Shown piece after piece: positions 21,292-31,220 of a stretch of DNA of 64,000 nucleotides (its first letter is position 1; each line of letters opens with the position of its first letter). Origin of the DNA: Candidatus Moraniibacteriota bacterium (lineage in GTDB: Bacteria > Patescibacteriota > Minisyncoccia > Moranbacterales > UBA2206); the NCBI GenBank assembly GCA_026396175.1, contig JAPLXG010000006.1, positions 2,895-66,894 of the forward strand, written 5' to 3'. Under the pieces are notes generated by a model. It saw nothing but the letters and a program-made list of their open reading frames with translations. It did no database searches and was not told the origin of the DNA. Position numbers and translations under genes: made by a program.

Positions 21292-22038
21292 TTAATCCGT
21301 TATAATCGCTTTCCACATAAATTCAAAAAGTTCTTTGTGCAGGCGGATGATGTTTTTGTTTTCAATTACCATGGCGATAACCGGTGGGGTGGTTTGGTGG
21401 ATCAGGATTTTATTTGGCGCAATAGTGATGGAAGCTGAGAGCTGCATATCTTTTGGAAAAATCTTGATTTGCATATTATAGATCGCTTCGTTTTGTTTAT
21501 ATTTTCTGGCAATTTCTGAATCCTGGAGCAATAGGCGATTGTTGAGTTTTTTCTGCGCGCGCTTTTCCACGAAATTTTCAAAAAATCTTTGGTCTTCCGA
21601 CATCCATTTGGCGGAATCGCTGATCACCCAATAATCCTCTCCGAATTTCACTTCAGAAAGCAGATCTAAATGGATATTTTTCACCGCTTCCACGCCTTCA
21701 TAGTATTTAATGAGACTACTTCCACCTTCGGCGCTGTAGAGCGCCTTGAAATCAACCAGTGATTCTTGCAGCTCCTTTTTCTTATTATCCATTATTCTTT
21801 CCAATTTTTCCGGATTTTCCGCGGAAAAAAAGGTTTTCCAGCCGATCTGTTCGACTTTCATGAGGCCCAATTGCTTTAATGCTTCAACCGCTGAATAGAC
21901 AGTGGTTCTTTTGACTTCCGAGGATTTGGAAATGGCCAAAATAGTGGTTTTACCCAGAGATAGCGCGTTCAAATAGACTAGCGCTTCATTGTCGCTAAGT
22001 CCCAAATTAAGCAGTACTTTATATAGTTTATTGTCCAT
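21292..22038 (-). CDS. TrmB-family HTH transcriptional regulator
   Basis: LGLSDNEALVY..L..G, KRTTVY, YYEG.E. Confidence 0.9.
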   Translation of the reverse strand: MDNKLYKVLLNLGLSDNEALVYLNALSLGKTTILAISKSSEVKRTTVYSAVEALKQLGLMKVEQIGWKTFFSAENPEKLERIMDNKKKELQESLVDFKALYSAEGGSSLIKYYEGVEAVKNIHLDLLSEVKFGEDYWVISDSAKWMSEDQRFFENFVEKRAQKKLNNRLLLQDSEIARKYKQNEAIYNMQIKIFPKDMQLSASITIAPNKILIHQTTPPVIAMVIENKNIIRLHKELFEFMWKAIITD

Positions 22039-22282
22039 ATTGGGCATTATGTCCGATAATCGGACAACTATTATTATCTTATATTAAAGCAATAAATTAG
22101 TCAATATATTTCTTTGTCGACATATATGACATAAGAGCGGTTTTGATATATACTAAGCAGTTACGATGAAATAACGAGTGAACCTTAAAAACTTAATAAA
22201 AAATCGCAAAGGCCCGGGCTACCAACGCTGGTAGTTGGTCGGGAGCTACACTGGCGATAAAAATTAAAAAAGGAGCAGGAAA

Positions 22283-22798
22283 ATGAAAAAACTCAAAATT
22301 CTAGTAGTCGATGACAATCAGAAACACCTGGATTCAGCCCTGGCTACTCTCAAAGATCACAATGTTACAATTTGTAATAATTATGATGAAGCTGTAAATC
22401 TCTTAGAGGGTCAGTATGTTGATCCCAAAGGAAAGTCTTGCTATTCATTTGAGGAGGGAGCAAAAGCACTTCCTTATTGGGATGCTGTGCTATGCGATCT
22501 TCTTATGCCAGCCGGAGAAAATGAACAAGGCCCACGAGGCATGAGATATGTCGGTCAAGAGATGCCAGTTGGATGGGCGTTAGCGTTATCTGCTGCTTTC
22601 AAGGGGGCAAAATATGTCGCCGTGGTCACTGATATGAACCATCACAATCATCCTGCAAGTGCTCTATTGGATGGATTAAAGGGAAAAGTTATCAAGGTAG
22701 AAGGTGCTAAGGTTTTAATGACCAACAATCCCCGCTTTATTGGTGTCGGTGGAGCAAAAGACTGGGGCATGGTCCTGCAGAAAATTATTGATAAATAA
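22283..22798 (+). CDS. receiver (CheY-like) domain-like protein
   Basis: KILVVDD, DAVLCDLLMP; RBS AAGGAG. Confidence 0.7.
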   Translation: MKKLKILVVDDNQKHLDSALATLKDHNVTICNNYDEAVNLLEGQYVDPKGKSCYSFEEGAKALPYWDAVLCDLLMPAGENEQGPRGMRYVGQEMPVGWALALSAAFKGAKYVAVVTDMNHHNHPASALLDGLKGKVIKVEGAKVLMTNNPRFIGVGGAKDWGMVLQKIIDK

Positions 22799-23046
22799 TC
22801 CTTGGGGGGTTTCCGTAAATAGTAGGGCAAAAAAATCCAAAATGTATTACGCAGTGGAGATGTCGGAGATCTCCGCTAAACCTGAGCCGAATTTGTTAAC
22901 ACACAAATTCGGCTCCATTTCTGAAATCATTTCAATGGCGAAGTGGTTTCAGAGAATGGAAGAAGTTCATTAAAAACTTAATAAAAAAATCACTGAAAAA
23001 CTGTTCCCCGCTACCGAGGGATATGTCGGAGAAGAAGGAGAGAAAA

Positions 23047-23430
23047 ATGAAAGAAATGACAAAGTTAATTTGTACTCTTAGTTTAACCGGTAAAGTTTGT
23101 GAAGTACGGGAAGTCTCAGTTGACGCAAATCCTTGGAAAATTTTTTCCGAGGTTTGTGATGTCGAGGACAGGGAAAAGAGTTATTTCACGTCGAAGGAGA
23201 TTAATCAATTCATTCGGAAGTATCCCCAATGGATTGGAGAAGAAAAAACTTTTTTTCTCTACAAGGACTGTAGTCCTGATGGAAAAAAGTGTAATTTTCT
23301 CGTAAAGATTGTCTGGATGGAAAAGGAGGAGGTTAGATTGGATACAATCAGATTCCTTGACTATGACGTTTGGAGTATCTTTTCCTATATCGGAGAGGAA
23401 AGAGCGAGGGTCGTAGCAGTAGTTAAATGA
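23047..23430 (+). CDS. hypothetical protein
   Basis: RBS AAGGAG before ATG 23047; terminator near 23487-23520. Confidence 0.6.
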   Translation: MKEMTKLICTLSLTGKVCEVREVSVDANPWKIFSEVCDVEDREKSYFTSKEINQFIRKYPQWIGEEKTFFLYKDCSPDGKKCNFLVKIVWMEKEEVRLDTIRFLDYDVWSIFSYIGEERARVVAVVK

Positions 23431-23588
23431 CTCTATAAAAAGCGGAATGATATCAGCGCATATCATTCCGCTAACCACAAAAAAACAAAGCGGAAAGCTT
23501 ATCATAGCTCTCCGCTTTTTTATTTTTTGATTTGAATTGTGGGATCAGTCCCGCCTCGGCGGGACGACCAAGTGAATGGTGAATATAG

Positions 23589-23661
23589 TGGGACCAGCTG
23601 GATTCGAACCAGCGACCAAGAAATTATGAGTTTCCTGCTCTAACCGCTGAGCTATGGTCCC
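23589..23661 (-). tRNA. tRNA-Ile2/Met (CAT)
   Basis: Cloverleaf GGGACCATAGCTCAG..CTCATAA..TTCGAAT..GGTCCCA; Ile2-like body. Confidence 0.9.
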
Positions 23662-23733
23662 GATTTTTTTGTGGGCGTGAGAGGACTCGAACCTCTGAAA
23701 CCTCTACAATGTCAATGTAGCGCTCTAACTTCA

Positions 23734-23851
23734 CCCCACACCATTTTTTTAAAACTGTGGGTCTGTCCAGACTCGAACTGGAGACCTCTACAATGTCAAT
23801 GTAGCGCTCTAACCAACTGAGCTACAGACCCAAAAAATGGTGTGGGGCAAG
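23734..23851 (-). mobile_element. CTTG-CCCCACACCATTT...AAATGGTGTGGGG element carrying a tRNA
   Basis: 16-bp perfect IR at 23734-23749 / 23832-23847. Confidence 0.85.
23758..23831 (-). tRNA. tRNA-Val(GAC), intact, nested
   Basis: GGGTCTGTAGCTCAGTTGGTTAGAGCGCTACA-TTGACAT-TGTAG..TTCGAGT..CAGACCCA. Confidence 0.93.
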
Positions 23852-23880
23852 ACTGAGCTACACGCCCGATATTATTTATT

Positions 23881-24103
23881 TCCCCTTCTCCCTCCGGGAG
23901 AAGGTGGCTGAAAGCCGGATGAGGGTTCTTTCAATAGTTGACCATCTACTCATTTATAACAACATTTTCCTTTTTATCAACGTCCCTTCCCTCACCTGTC
24001 ACGAGTACGTGACATCCTCTCCCTAAGGGAGAAGAGGCATTGAAAAAACTGTTCCGTAGCCTCACCTGTCCTTCGGACATCCTCTCCCGAGGGGAGAGGA
24101 GGA
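23881..24103. repeat. family A repeat plus an extra right arm
   Basis: ccccttctccctccgggagaagg..gatgaggg; two cctcacctgtc..cctctccc arms. Confidence 0.8.
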
Positions 24104-24161
24104 TATCTCGCGAGATTATCGAACTTGTTTAGCCTACCGTAAAAAACCATCCCCGTCAAAA

Positions 24162-25163
24162 CTATTTCTCCGTTTCAAGCTCAGTTGTCTTTATCGTTTC
24201 CGTTGCAGGTAAAATTGCCGCTTTTTCTTCTTCAGAAATCTTTTCTTCAACCTTCTCTTTTTCTTTCGGTGTCGCAATGACGTGAAAAAACAAAACCCAG
24301 GCGACTTCGGAAAAAGCACTGAAGATGGAATAGAAAAGAATGGCTGCCGGAATGAAAACTAAAAGTCCCAAAATGATGGCAATAATTGCTCCGGTATTTT
24401 TGAGGGCGAAAAATAAAACTAAACCGATGAGTCCAAAAACAATCAGCACTGCCAGGGCGATTGCGATAAGGACGAGAAAAGAAAGGATGCCAAGCGGAAT
24501 GAAGAGTAGCGACATAATTATGCTGGCCAAAATATTTTTTTTGAAAAGCGCGTAGGCGTTTTCTACGGCAAGCCAAGGCCGTAGATCAGCCAGAACTGCA
24601 TAGAAAGAAGCATAGACTTGCAAGTATTTGCACAAAATGAGCAGTGGAATGAGAATCAAAACTGCCAGAAAGGCTAGGATTCCTCCGATGATGTAGGCTT
24701 TTGCGACAAATAGAATTATGATGGGGATAGCTAGGATGATGATGCAGGCAAATACTGCTAATCCGGAAAAAAAGAGAATAGAAAATAGTTTCCAAAAATA
24801 TTTTTTGCCATCGCGAAAACCGGACATAAAACCAGCCGGTTCATTTTTTAGGATTTTTTGGGTGGATTTAATTAGTGCTCCCCTGCTGATAAAGCCCAGA
24901 ACAAGAAAAACTAAAAAGAGGATTGCTAAGATTCCAATGATGGTAGCGATCAGTGCTGCGTGTTTTGAGATGAAATCTTGCAGATGGACTTTCTCGGCGG
25001 CGGCTTGCCAGCTTTCTTTCGACTGCTTATCGCTAGTGGAAAAATAGTTGGGATTGGAAATTCCTGGCATAAGGAGGAATAATCCAAACCACCACAAAAA
25101 GCGGTTTTTCCAAGTGATTTTCCACGCGTCGCGGAAAATTTTTAGGTAATCGATGTTTGGCAT
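24162..25163 (-). CDS. multi-pass membrane protein
   Basis: AWKITWKNRFLWWFG start, about 6 TM helices; upstream ORF extension overlaps a repeat. Confidence 0.8.
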   Translation of the reverse strand: MPNIDYLKIFRDAWKITWKNRFLWWFGLFLLMPGISNPNYFSTSDKQSKESWQAAAEKVHLQDFISKHAALIATIIGILAILFLVFLVLGFISRGALIKSTQKILKNEPAGFMSGFRDGKKYFWKLFSILFFSGLAVFACIIILAIPIIILFVAKAYIIGGILAFLAVLILIPLLILCKYLQVYASFYAVLADLRPWLAVENAYALFKKNILASIIMSLLFIPLGILSFLVLIAIALAVLIVFGLIGLVLFFALKNTGAIIAIILGLLVFIPAAILFYSIFSAFSEVAWVLFFHVIATPKEKEKVEEKISEEEKAAILPATETIKTTELETEK

Positions 25164-25302
25164 AACGTTATTCGCTTCACTGTTATTCGCTTCGCGAACC
25201 GGCGCTACGAATGCCGGACATACGAATTGAATCAATACTTTTAAATTCTATACAATAGGGATTACTCTTTTGTAAATTTTCTAGCTTGCTTTAAAAAATA
25301 GA

Positions 25303-25442
25303 TGTCATCCTGAGCGTAGCGTAGCGGAGTCGAAGGATCTGCCTTAGGTTATCGTTGGCGTTATTATAAATCGCAAAAATTATGGATTATCGAGAGCAGA
25401 TCCTTCGACTGCGTCCGAGTACGGACTTCGCTCAGGATGACA
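25303..25442. mobile_element. family B MITE-like element
   Basis: Perfect TIR tgtcatcctgagcg/cgctcaggatgaca; spacer similar to other copies. Confidence 0.88.
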
Positions 25443-25449
25443 ATCTATA

Positions 25450-27405
25450 TTAGCTTGTTTTTACTTCAATTGTCTCGGTTTTTTCTTCTGCAGTTTCTGT
25501 GACTGCTTCAACCGGTTCTACTATAACAGCTTCACCCCCGCCTGCAACGCTATGCGTAGCATTGCGGGCAGGCTCGTTCTTCTTTGCTGGCGCAATCCCC
25601 ATAATTTCATTAAACTCAGCTTGTTCAATTGTTTCTTTTTCTAAAAGGACATTGGAGATTTTATCCAGCAGATCCTTTTTGTCAATAAGAATTTTTTCCG
25701 CCACCTTATAGGCATCAGCGATGAACTTAGTGACTTGATTGTCGATTTCTCTGGCGGTTTCTTCGGAATAATTTTTTTCTTCGTGCATTTCTTTGCCCAA
25801 AAAGACCATTTCTTCTTTATGTCCGAAAGTGCGTGGTCCCAAATCGCTCATACCATAGCGCGTGACCAGGTTTCTGGCAATCGCTGTTGCTCGCTCCAGG
25901 TCATTGGAAGCGCCAGTAGTGATGTCGCCAAAAGTCAACCTTTCACTGAGATATCCGCCCAAAAAGACGGAAAGCTCGTCGATGAAATAATTGCGTGAGT
26001 GGAGCGTCTTATCTTTAGTTGGCGCATTTAAGGTATATCCTCCAGCATTACCACGAGAAATGATCGAGATTTTTTGCACTGGATCGGCGTGTTTCAGGGT
26101 GGATGCGATAAGGGCGTGACCAGCTTCGTGGTAAGCGATGATTTTCTTTTCATCTTCGTCAATACGACGGCTTTTTCTTTCCGGCCCAAGAATAACCTTT
26201 TCGATTGATTCAGCGAGTTCGTTCATTCCGATAGTTTTTTTGCCACGTCTTGCGGAAAGAATCGCGGCTTCATTGAGCAAGTTGGCAAGATCAGCTCCCG
26301 AAAAGCCTGGTGTTCTTTGAGCAATCACGCGCAAATCAACATCTTTGACCAATGGTTTATTTTTGGAATGAATTTTGAGGATTGCTGAGCGTTCTTCGAT
26401 ATCAGGCAAATCCATTACCACTCGGCGATCAAATCGGCCCGGGCGAAGCAGGGCCGGGTCAAGTACATCGGGACGATTGGTTGCGGCAATCACGATTACA
26501 TTAGTATTAGTATCGAAACCATCCATCTCCACTAGAATTTGATTGAGAGTTTGTTCTCGTTCGTCGTGTCCTCCGCCCAGTCCCGCTCCGCGGTGTCGTC
26601 CAACTGCGTCAATCTCATCAATAAAAACAATGGCGGGCGAATTTTTCTTGGCTTGCTTGAAAAGATCACGCACACGCGATGCGCCAACTCCCACGAACAT
26701 TTCCACGAATTCTGAGCCAGAAATATTGAAAAATGGCACATTCGCCTCCCCTGCTACCGCTTTGGCGATTAGAGTCTTACCTGTTCCTGGAGAACCCAAA
26801 AGTAAAACGCCTTTGGGAATTTTTGCGCCAAGACTCAAGAATTTCTTAGGAGTTTTGAGAAATTCCACAATTTCATAGAGTTCTTCCTTGGCTTCCTTGG
26901 CTCCCGCAACATCATTGAAAACGACACGATTTTTTTTATCCTTCGGGTCAGAAACGCGCGCCTTGGACATTCCAAAGGACAACGCTTGATTATTCCCTCT
27001 TTGCGCTTGGCGCAACATAAACCAAATAAATCCGGCAATCAGCAGGAACGGCAAAAGGAAAGGCAAAATTGCTCCCAGCCAAAGACTGCTTGAGCTTTCT
27101 CCTTTAACTACAATGTTAACGCTATCAAGTTTTGCCGGGTCTACGCCGTAATTTTTGAAAGTTTCAGTTAGTCCCGCCTCTTTTTCTTTCAGTGACTTTT
27201 CGATAGTTCCGTCAGTCATAATAACATTCAAATCGCTATCAGTAACATCAATTTCCTTAACCTTTTGGTCATTAATTTGCGCGACCAGTGTGGAAAGGGA
27301 AATATCGGCCGGTTTCTTTTCTGGATTGTTGAGAAGAATCAGAATGCCCGAGAGGAAAACAAAGAAAAATAAGACATAGCTAATATTGCGCAAGAGATTT
27401 TTCAT
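25450..27405 (-). CDS. ftsH: ATP-dependent zinc metalloprotease FtsH
   Basis: [29 protein letters not shown]. Confidence 0.98.
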   Translation of the reverse strand: MKNLLRNISYVLFFFVFLSGILILLNNPEKKPADISLSTLVAQINDQKVKEIDVTDSDLNVIMTDGTIEKSLKEKEAGLTETFKNYGVDPAKLDSVNIVVKGESSSSLWLGAILPFLLPFLLIAGFIWFMLRQAQRGNNQALSFGMSKARVSDPKDKKNRVVFNDVAGAKEAKEELYEIVEFLKTPKKFLSLGAKIPKGVLLLGSPGTGKTLIAKAVAGEANVPFFNISGSEFVEMFVGVGASRVRDLFKQAKKNSPAIVFIDEIDAVGRHRGAGLGGGHDEREQTLNQILVEMDGFDTNTNVIVIAATNRPDVLDPALLRPGRFDRRVVMDLPDIEERSAILKIHSKNKPLVKDVDLRVIAQRTPGFSGADLANLLNEAAILSARRGKKTIGMNELAESIEKVILGPERKSRRIDEDEKKIIAYHEAGHALIASTLKHADPVQKISIISRGNAGGYTLNAPTKDKTLHSRNYFIDELSVFLGGYLSERLTFGDITTGASNDLERATAIARNLVTRYGMSDLGPRTFGHKEEMVFLGKEMHEEKNYSEETAREIDNQVTKFIADAYKVAEKILIDKKDLLDKISNVLLEKETIEQAEFNEIMGIAPAKKNEPARNATHSVAGGGEAVIVEPVEAVTETAEEKTETIEVKTS

Positions 27406-27444
27406 AGATTTGTGTTATATATAAATTAATATTATCTACGGTTT

Positions 27445-28428
27445 TTAATTCGTATGTCCCCCGTTCGTAGCGGGGGTCCGAGAAGCGGATAACGTAAGTT
27501 TATCACCTCTTCGCGTCATTTTCAATCCAGCGCCGGAGACGACTTGATTTTTGTTTTTTGTGCTTTTGAGGGCTTTTAGAATTTCTTCAATTTGATTAAA
27601 ATTTTCCTGAATACTCTCTGACTTCTTTTCGGCAAGTGCACGTTGCAAAACTCTTTTTTGAATCGCCACTGGTAGCGCGAGAATTTTTTTAGCACTCAAT
27701 TTTTTATTTTCCAGCCAAGCTTTTTCGGTTGCATCTTCAATCACCGCATAATCTTCCGAAAAAGTTTTCGCACTCTTGGCCAGCACAAGTTTTACGTTTG
27801 GATTGAAATTTTTTTCGAGATATGGAATCAGTTTATTTCGAATCTTATTTCGCAGATAAATCGATTCTCTATTTGTCTTGTCAATTCGATAATTTAATTT
27901 ATTTGATTTTAAATAATCAATAATTTCTTTGCGAGTTGTGTCGAGTAGTGGGCGGATAATTTTTCCATTTTTTGCGTTCATTGCCGAAAGACCCGCAAGG
28001 CCTGTTCCACGAATCAGTCGCATCAAAACCGTTTCCGCTTGATCGTCGCAGTTGTGCGCTACAGCGATGAAATCAAATTTATTTTCTTTGCGGACTTCTT
28101 CAAGAAAAGCATAACGAACATCTCGTAATTTTTCTTCTGATTTATTTCCGCTTTCGATTTTAGCGTCAAGAATATCCAGTGATAGTTTATATTTTTCTGC
28201 TAACTTCTCCACGAAGTGCTCATCTTGATCGCTATCATATCCTCGCAAATGATAATTGACATGAGCGATGGATAATTCTAAGCCGTATTTTTTTTGTAGT
28301 TTGAAAAATACAGAGAGCAAACAAGTTGAATCCGGTCCCCCGGAAACCCCCAAAACAATTTTTGCACCGTGCCCAAAAAGTGAATTGGCAAAAATATAAT
28401 TTTGGATTTTTTTGATTAAGTTAGGCAT
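27445..28428 (-). CDS. tilS: tRNA(Ile)-lysidine synthase
   Basis: VSGGPDS, AHNCDDQAET, IIRPLL, RNKIR. Confidence 0.96.
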   Translation of the reverse strand: MPNLIKKIQNYIFANSLFGHGAKIVLGVSGGPDSTCLLSVFFKLQKKYGLELSIAHVNYHLRGYDSDQDEHFVEKLAEKYKLSLDILDAKIESGNKSEEKLRDVRYAFLEEVRKENKFDFIAVAHNCDDQAETVLMRLIRGTGLAGLSAMNAKNGKIIRPLLDTTRKEIIDYLKSNKLNYRIDKTNRESIYLRNKIRNKLIPYLEKNFNPNVKLVLAKSAKTFSEDYAVIEDATEKAWLENKKLSAKKILALPVAIQKRVLQRALAEKKSESIQENFNQIEEILKALKSTKNKNQVVSGAGLKMTRRGDKLTLSASRTPATNGGHTN

Positions 28429-28984
28429 TTACGTTCTTAATAATTTCAGCAACTTTCTGAATTGTTTCTTCCAATTTTCCTTCTTCATTAACCACCTTGT
28501 AATCGTAGATGTTTTCATGTTGCATCCATTCTTTTGTATATTCCATCCTTTCGTCAAGATACTGGTCAGAAACAGATGGATCGCGACGCATGATTCTTCG
28601 ACGCAGAACCTCTAGCGATGGCGGAGCAATGTAAATTGATTTGATTTCAGGAAATTTAGTTTTGGCTGTCATCACGCCTTTGTATTCAATTTTCCATAGT
28701 CCGATTTTCCTAGAGTTTTCTACCCGGGCTAATTCTTCTTTGGTCACGCCATAGAAGTTGTTATTATATTCTTGTGCCCACTCAGCCAATGCATCATTTT
28801 TTATTTTCTCTTCAAACTCTCCTTTGGAAATAAAATAGTAATTAACTCCGTGAACTTCTCCCGGGCGTATTTTTCTTGTTGTGGATGTTACTATTTTTTC
28901 AATGGGCAGAATTTTTTTAAGTCCTTCGATAACACTATCTTCTCCGGCACCAGAAGGGCCGGAAATAATAAAGATATTAGACAT
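28421..28984 (-). CDS. gmk: guanylate kinase
   Basis: ISGPSGAG, TTRKIRPGEVHGVNYYF. Confidence 0.93.
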   Translation of the reverse strand: MSNIFIISGPSGAGEDSVIEGLKKILPIEKIVTSTTRKIRPGEVHGVNYYFISKGEFEEKIKNDALAEWAQEYNNNFYGVTKEELARVENSRKIGLWKIEYKGVMTAKTKFPEIKSIYIAPPSLEVLRRRIMRRDPSVSDQYLDERMEYTKEWMQHENIYDYKVVNEEGKLEETIQKVAEIIKNVNA

Positions 28985-29093
28985 AAGTTTTGAAAAATAA
29001 ATTTATTGTGTAGTTTTCCAAAATATTGATTCGCATGTCCCCCATTCGCCTGCCTGCCGGTAGGCAGGTAGTGGGGGTTCGCGAAGCGAATAA

Positions 29094-30512
29094 CTATTCT
29101 TTCACTTCTGTTTCTTTTTTCTCCTTCTTAGCTTTCTTCACTTTTTTCTCAGCTGGTTTTTCTGATTTTTCTGTGTATTTCTGTTTTTCTTCCGTGTCAT
29201 TCTGTGGTTCAACTTTTTCCCCGCCTGCAACGCTTTGCGTAGCAATGCGGGCAGGTTTCTTGGCTTTCTTTTCCTTCACTTCCTTTGCTGGCTTTTCTTT
29301 GTCAGAAATTAAAGTTAGTCCCATGCGGTGTTCTCTTGGTTCGATAGAAAGAATTTTCCAGCTATAGTCTTCTCCGGTCTTGATCAGATCATTGATATTT
29401 TTCCCCGGATGCGTATCAAGCATTTCGCTGATGTGCGCGAGGCCGTGGATGTCATTATCAAGATAAACAAAAGCACCGAAGTGATTAATTTTGTGCACTT
29501 TTCCAGTCACGACGTCCCCCACTTTATATTTCTTCGTCGCTTCGCTCCAGGGATCAGCTTGCAAGGCGCGAATGGAAAGAGAAATCTTATCATTATCAAT
29601 ACCAATAATTTTTGCTTCCACTTTATCCCCTACTTTCACGATTGTGCGTGGGTTTTCAATCAGTTGCCATGCCAGTTCTGAGATGTGGACAAGTCCTTCC
29701 ACTTTTTCTCTGTCATTTATTTGACCATCTTCATTCAATGGAGAGAATTTCACGAAAGCACCAAAGTCAACCACGCCACTGATTTCTCCGGAGATCACGT
29801 CGCCTACTCTAAAATTAGAAATAGTTTCCTTGTCGCGATCACTCTGTGCGGCTTTTTCGCTGGCAATCAACTTCTCTGCTTCACGGTCAATGTCCAAAAC
29901 ACAAACTTCCAATTCTTTGCCAACCAATTTTTTGAGCAGATTAAGAATCTTATTTTTGTCACCATCTTCCACGCGAGGATAATTCTTGCTAGAAAGTTGT
30001 GACACCGGCAAAAATCCAGCGATACCATTGATTTCAATCAGCAGTCCGCCCTTGTTGGCGCTGATAACTTTTGTCTTGACTTTGTCGCCAGCATCTCGTT
30101 TCTTTTCAATATCCTCCCAAGCTTTTTCATAGGACGCTTCACGAATGGAAAGTTCGATGTAGCCCTCTTCATTTTCCAAATCAGTCACAGTGGCTGAAAC
30201 CTTATCGCCCAATTTTAATTTTCCAGAACCCATACCATCTTTGATTTCTTTGCCCAAAACCAGCCCTGTTCCGAATGGTCCAAGGTCAAGATAGATTTCG
30301 CTAGAAGAAACTTCGAGAACCGTTCCGATAACGGTGTCCCCAACTGAGGGAAATTCAATCGGATTATCCAAAAGCAATTGTTCCATAAAAGAAGGAGCTT
30401 TTTCCTCTGGCACAACTTTGTCGTCAGTTTTTTTGACTGGAGCTGGCGCAGCAGCTTTTTCATCGCTCAACTTGTCCACTTCAGTCGCCAACTTAGAGAG
30501 TATATCGTTCAT
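29094..30512 (-). CDS. rpsA: 30S ribosomal protein S1 (four S1 domains)
   Basis: Repeated FGAFV..GLVHISE S1 motifs. Confidence 0.93.
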   Translation of the reverse strand: MNDILSKLATEVDKLSDEKAAAPAPVKKTDDKVVPEEKAPSFMEQLLLDNPIEFPSVGDTVIGTVLEVSSSEIYLDLGPFGTGLVLGKEIKDGMGSGKLKLGDKVSATVTDLENEEGYIELSIREASYEKAWEDIEKKRDAGDKVKTKVISANKGGLLIEINGIAGFLPVSQLSSKNYPRVEDGDKNKILNLLKKLVGKELEVCVLDIDREAEKLIASEKAAQSDRDKETISNFRVGDVISGEISGVVDFGAFVKFSPLNEDGQINDREKVEGLVHISELAWQLIENPRTIVKVGDKVEAKIIGIDNDKISLSIRALQADPWSEATKKYKVGDVVTGKVHKINHFGAFVYLDNDIHGLAHISEMLDTHPGKNINDLIKTGEDYSWKILSIEPREHRMGLTLISDKEKPAKEVKEKKAKKPARIATQSVAGGEKVEPQNDTEEKQKYTEKSEKPAEKKVKKAKKEKKETEVKE

Positions 30513-30579
30513 GTAATTAAATTTTTGCAGCTGACATCATGGCCGCAAGATAATGATTATGAATGTCTAAATAGAAATA

Positions 30580-30717
30580 TCCTCCTCTCCCTTAGGGAGA
30601 GGATGTCCGAAGGACAGGTGAGGGAAAGGGCTTTGTGCTACTGGAGAGCTATATTCTTCGTAGTATGTCCACTCCCTCATCCGGCCTTTGGCCACCTTCT
30701 CCCTAATGGAGAAGGGG
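30580..30717. repeat. family A repeat (reverse orientation)
   Basis: Arms nearly identical to 37466-37619. Confidence 0.85.
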
Positions 30718-30876
30718 AAATAAATTATAAAAAAATTTCCAAACAGTTGTGGAAATTATTAAGAGTGTGCCAATGAAGGCTCGAAAGTCAGGAATTAAAG
30801 CATCCCCTATTCAATTTTTCTTAATAATTAACGTAAATTGAGTATACTCCACCTTTTTTGTTTTGGCAAGTGATTG

Positions 30877-30919
30877 TGCCCTCAGTAGGAATCCCTGCCT
30901 GCCGGCAGGCAGGGAACCT
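30877..30919 (-). pseudogene. tRNA 3' fragment (T arm + acceptor) interrupted by a 20-nt palindrome
   Basis: Minus strand AGGTTC|GATTCCTACTGAGGGCA with cctgcctgccggcaggcagg at 30894-30913. Confidence 0.7.
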
Positions 30920-30930
30920 TCTGGATTGTG

Positions 30931-31002
30931 TGCTCTCGTCAAGAATCGAACTTGAATCTAAGGCTTAGGAGTCCCTTGTTCTATCCGTTGAACTACGAGA
31001 GC
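30931..31002 (-). tRNA. tRNA-Arg(CCT)
   Basis: GCTCTCGTAGTTCAACGGATAGAAC..CTCCTAA..TTCGATT..GAGAGCA; one anticodon-stem mismatch. Confidence 0.88.
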
Positions 31003-31015
31003 TAATTTATTATTG

Positions 31016-31088
31016 TGGACCTGAGGAGGATCGAACTCCTTGCCTCTTCCATGCCATGGAAGCGCTCTACCAATTGAGCTACAGGCCC
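31016..31088 (-). tRNA. tRNA-Ala(GGC)
   Basis: Cloverleaf with ATGGCAT loop and G3:U70 identity pair. Confidence 0.95.
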
Positions 31089-31220
31089 GATTTATTGAAA
31101 GGGAAATAAAAAATATCGCATATCAATCATAACAGTTAATAGGAGTTAGTCAATTTTAACCCCGATTTGCGGTTATAGGTAAAAAATACTACACTATTAG
31201 TAATCATCTGAAATGCTAAT

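Larger units (their letters stand above)
23672..23867 (-). pseudogene. tRNA-Val(GAC) split in the D-loop by an IR-bounded element
   Basis: 5' part GGGCGTGTAGCTCAGT at 23852-23867; 3' part GTTAGAGCG..TTGACAT..CACGCCCA at 23672-23729. Confidence 0.88.

Noticed and set aside
23589-23661. Initiator tRNA-fMet
   Set aside because: Has a paired G1-C72 and lacks three consecutive G-C pairs in the anticodon stem; fits Ile2 or elongator type
19884-23870. Prophage, integron or ICE (tyrosine recombinase + ORFans + tRNAs)
   Set aside because: The recombinase looks like a chromosomal XerC/D, with no integron-integrase insertion, att duplication, attC pattern, or phage and conjugation genes
30378-30776. 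132-aa plus-strand ORF
   Set aside because: Made of rpsA antisense sequence plus a family A repeat translation
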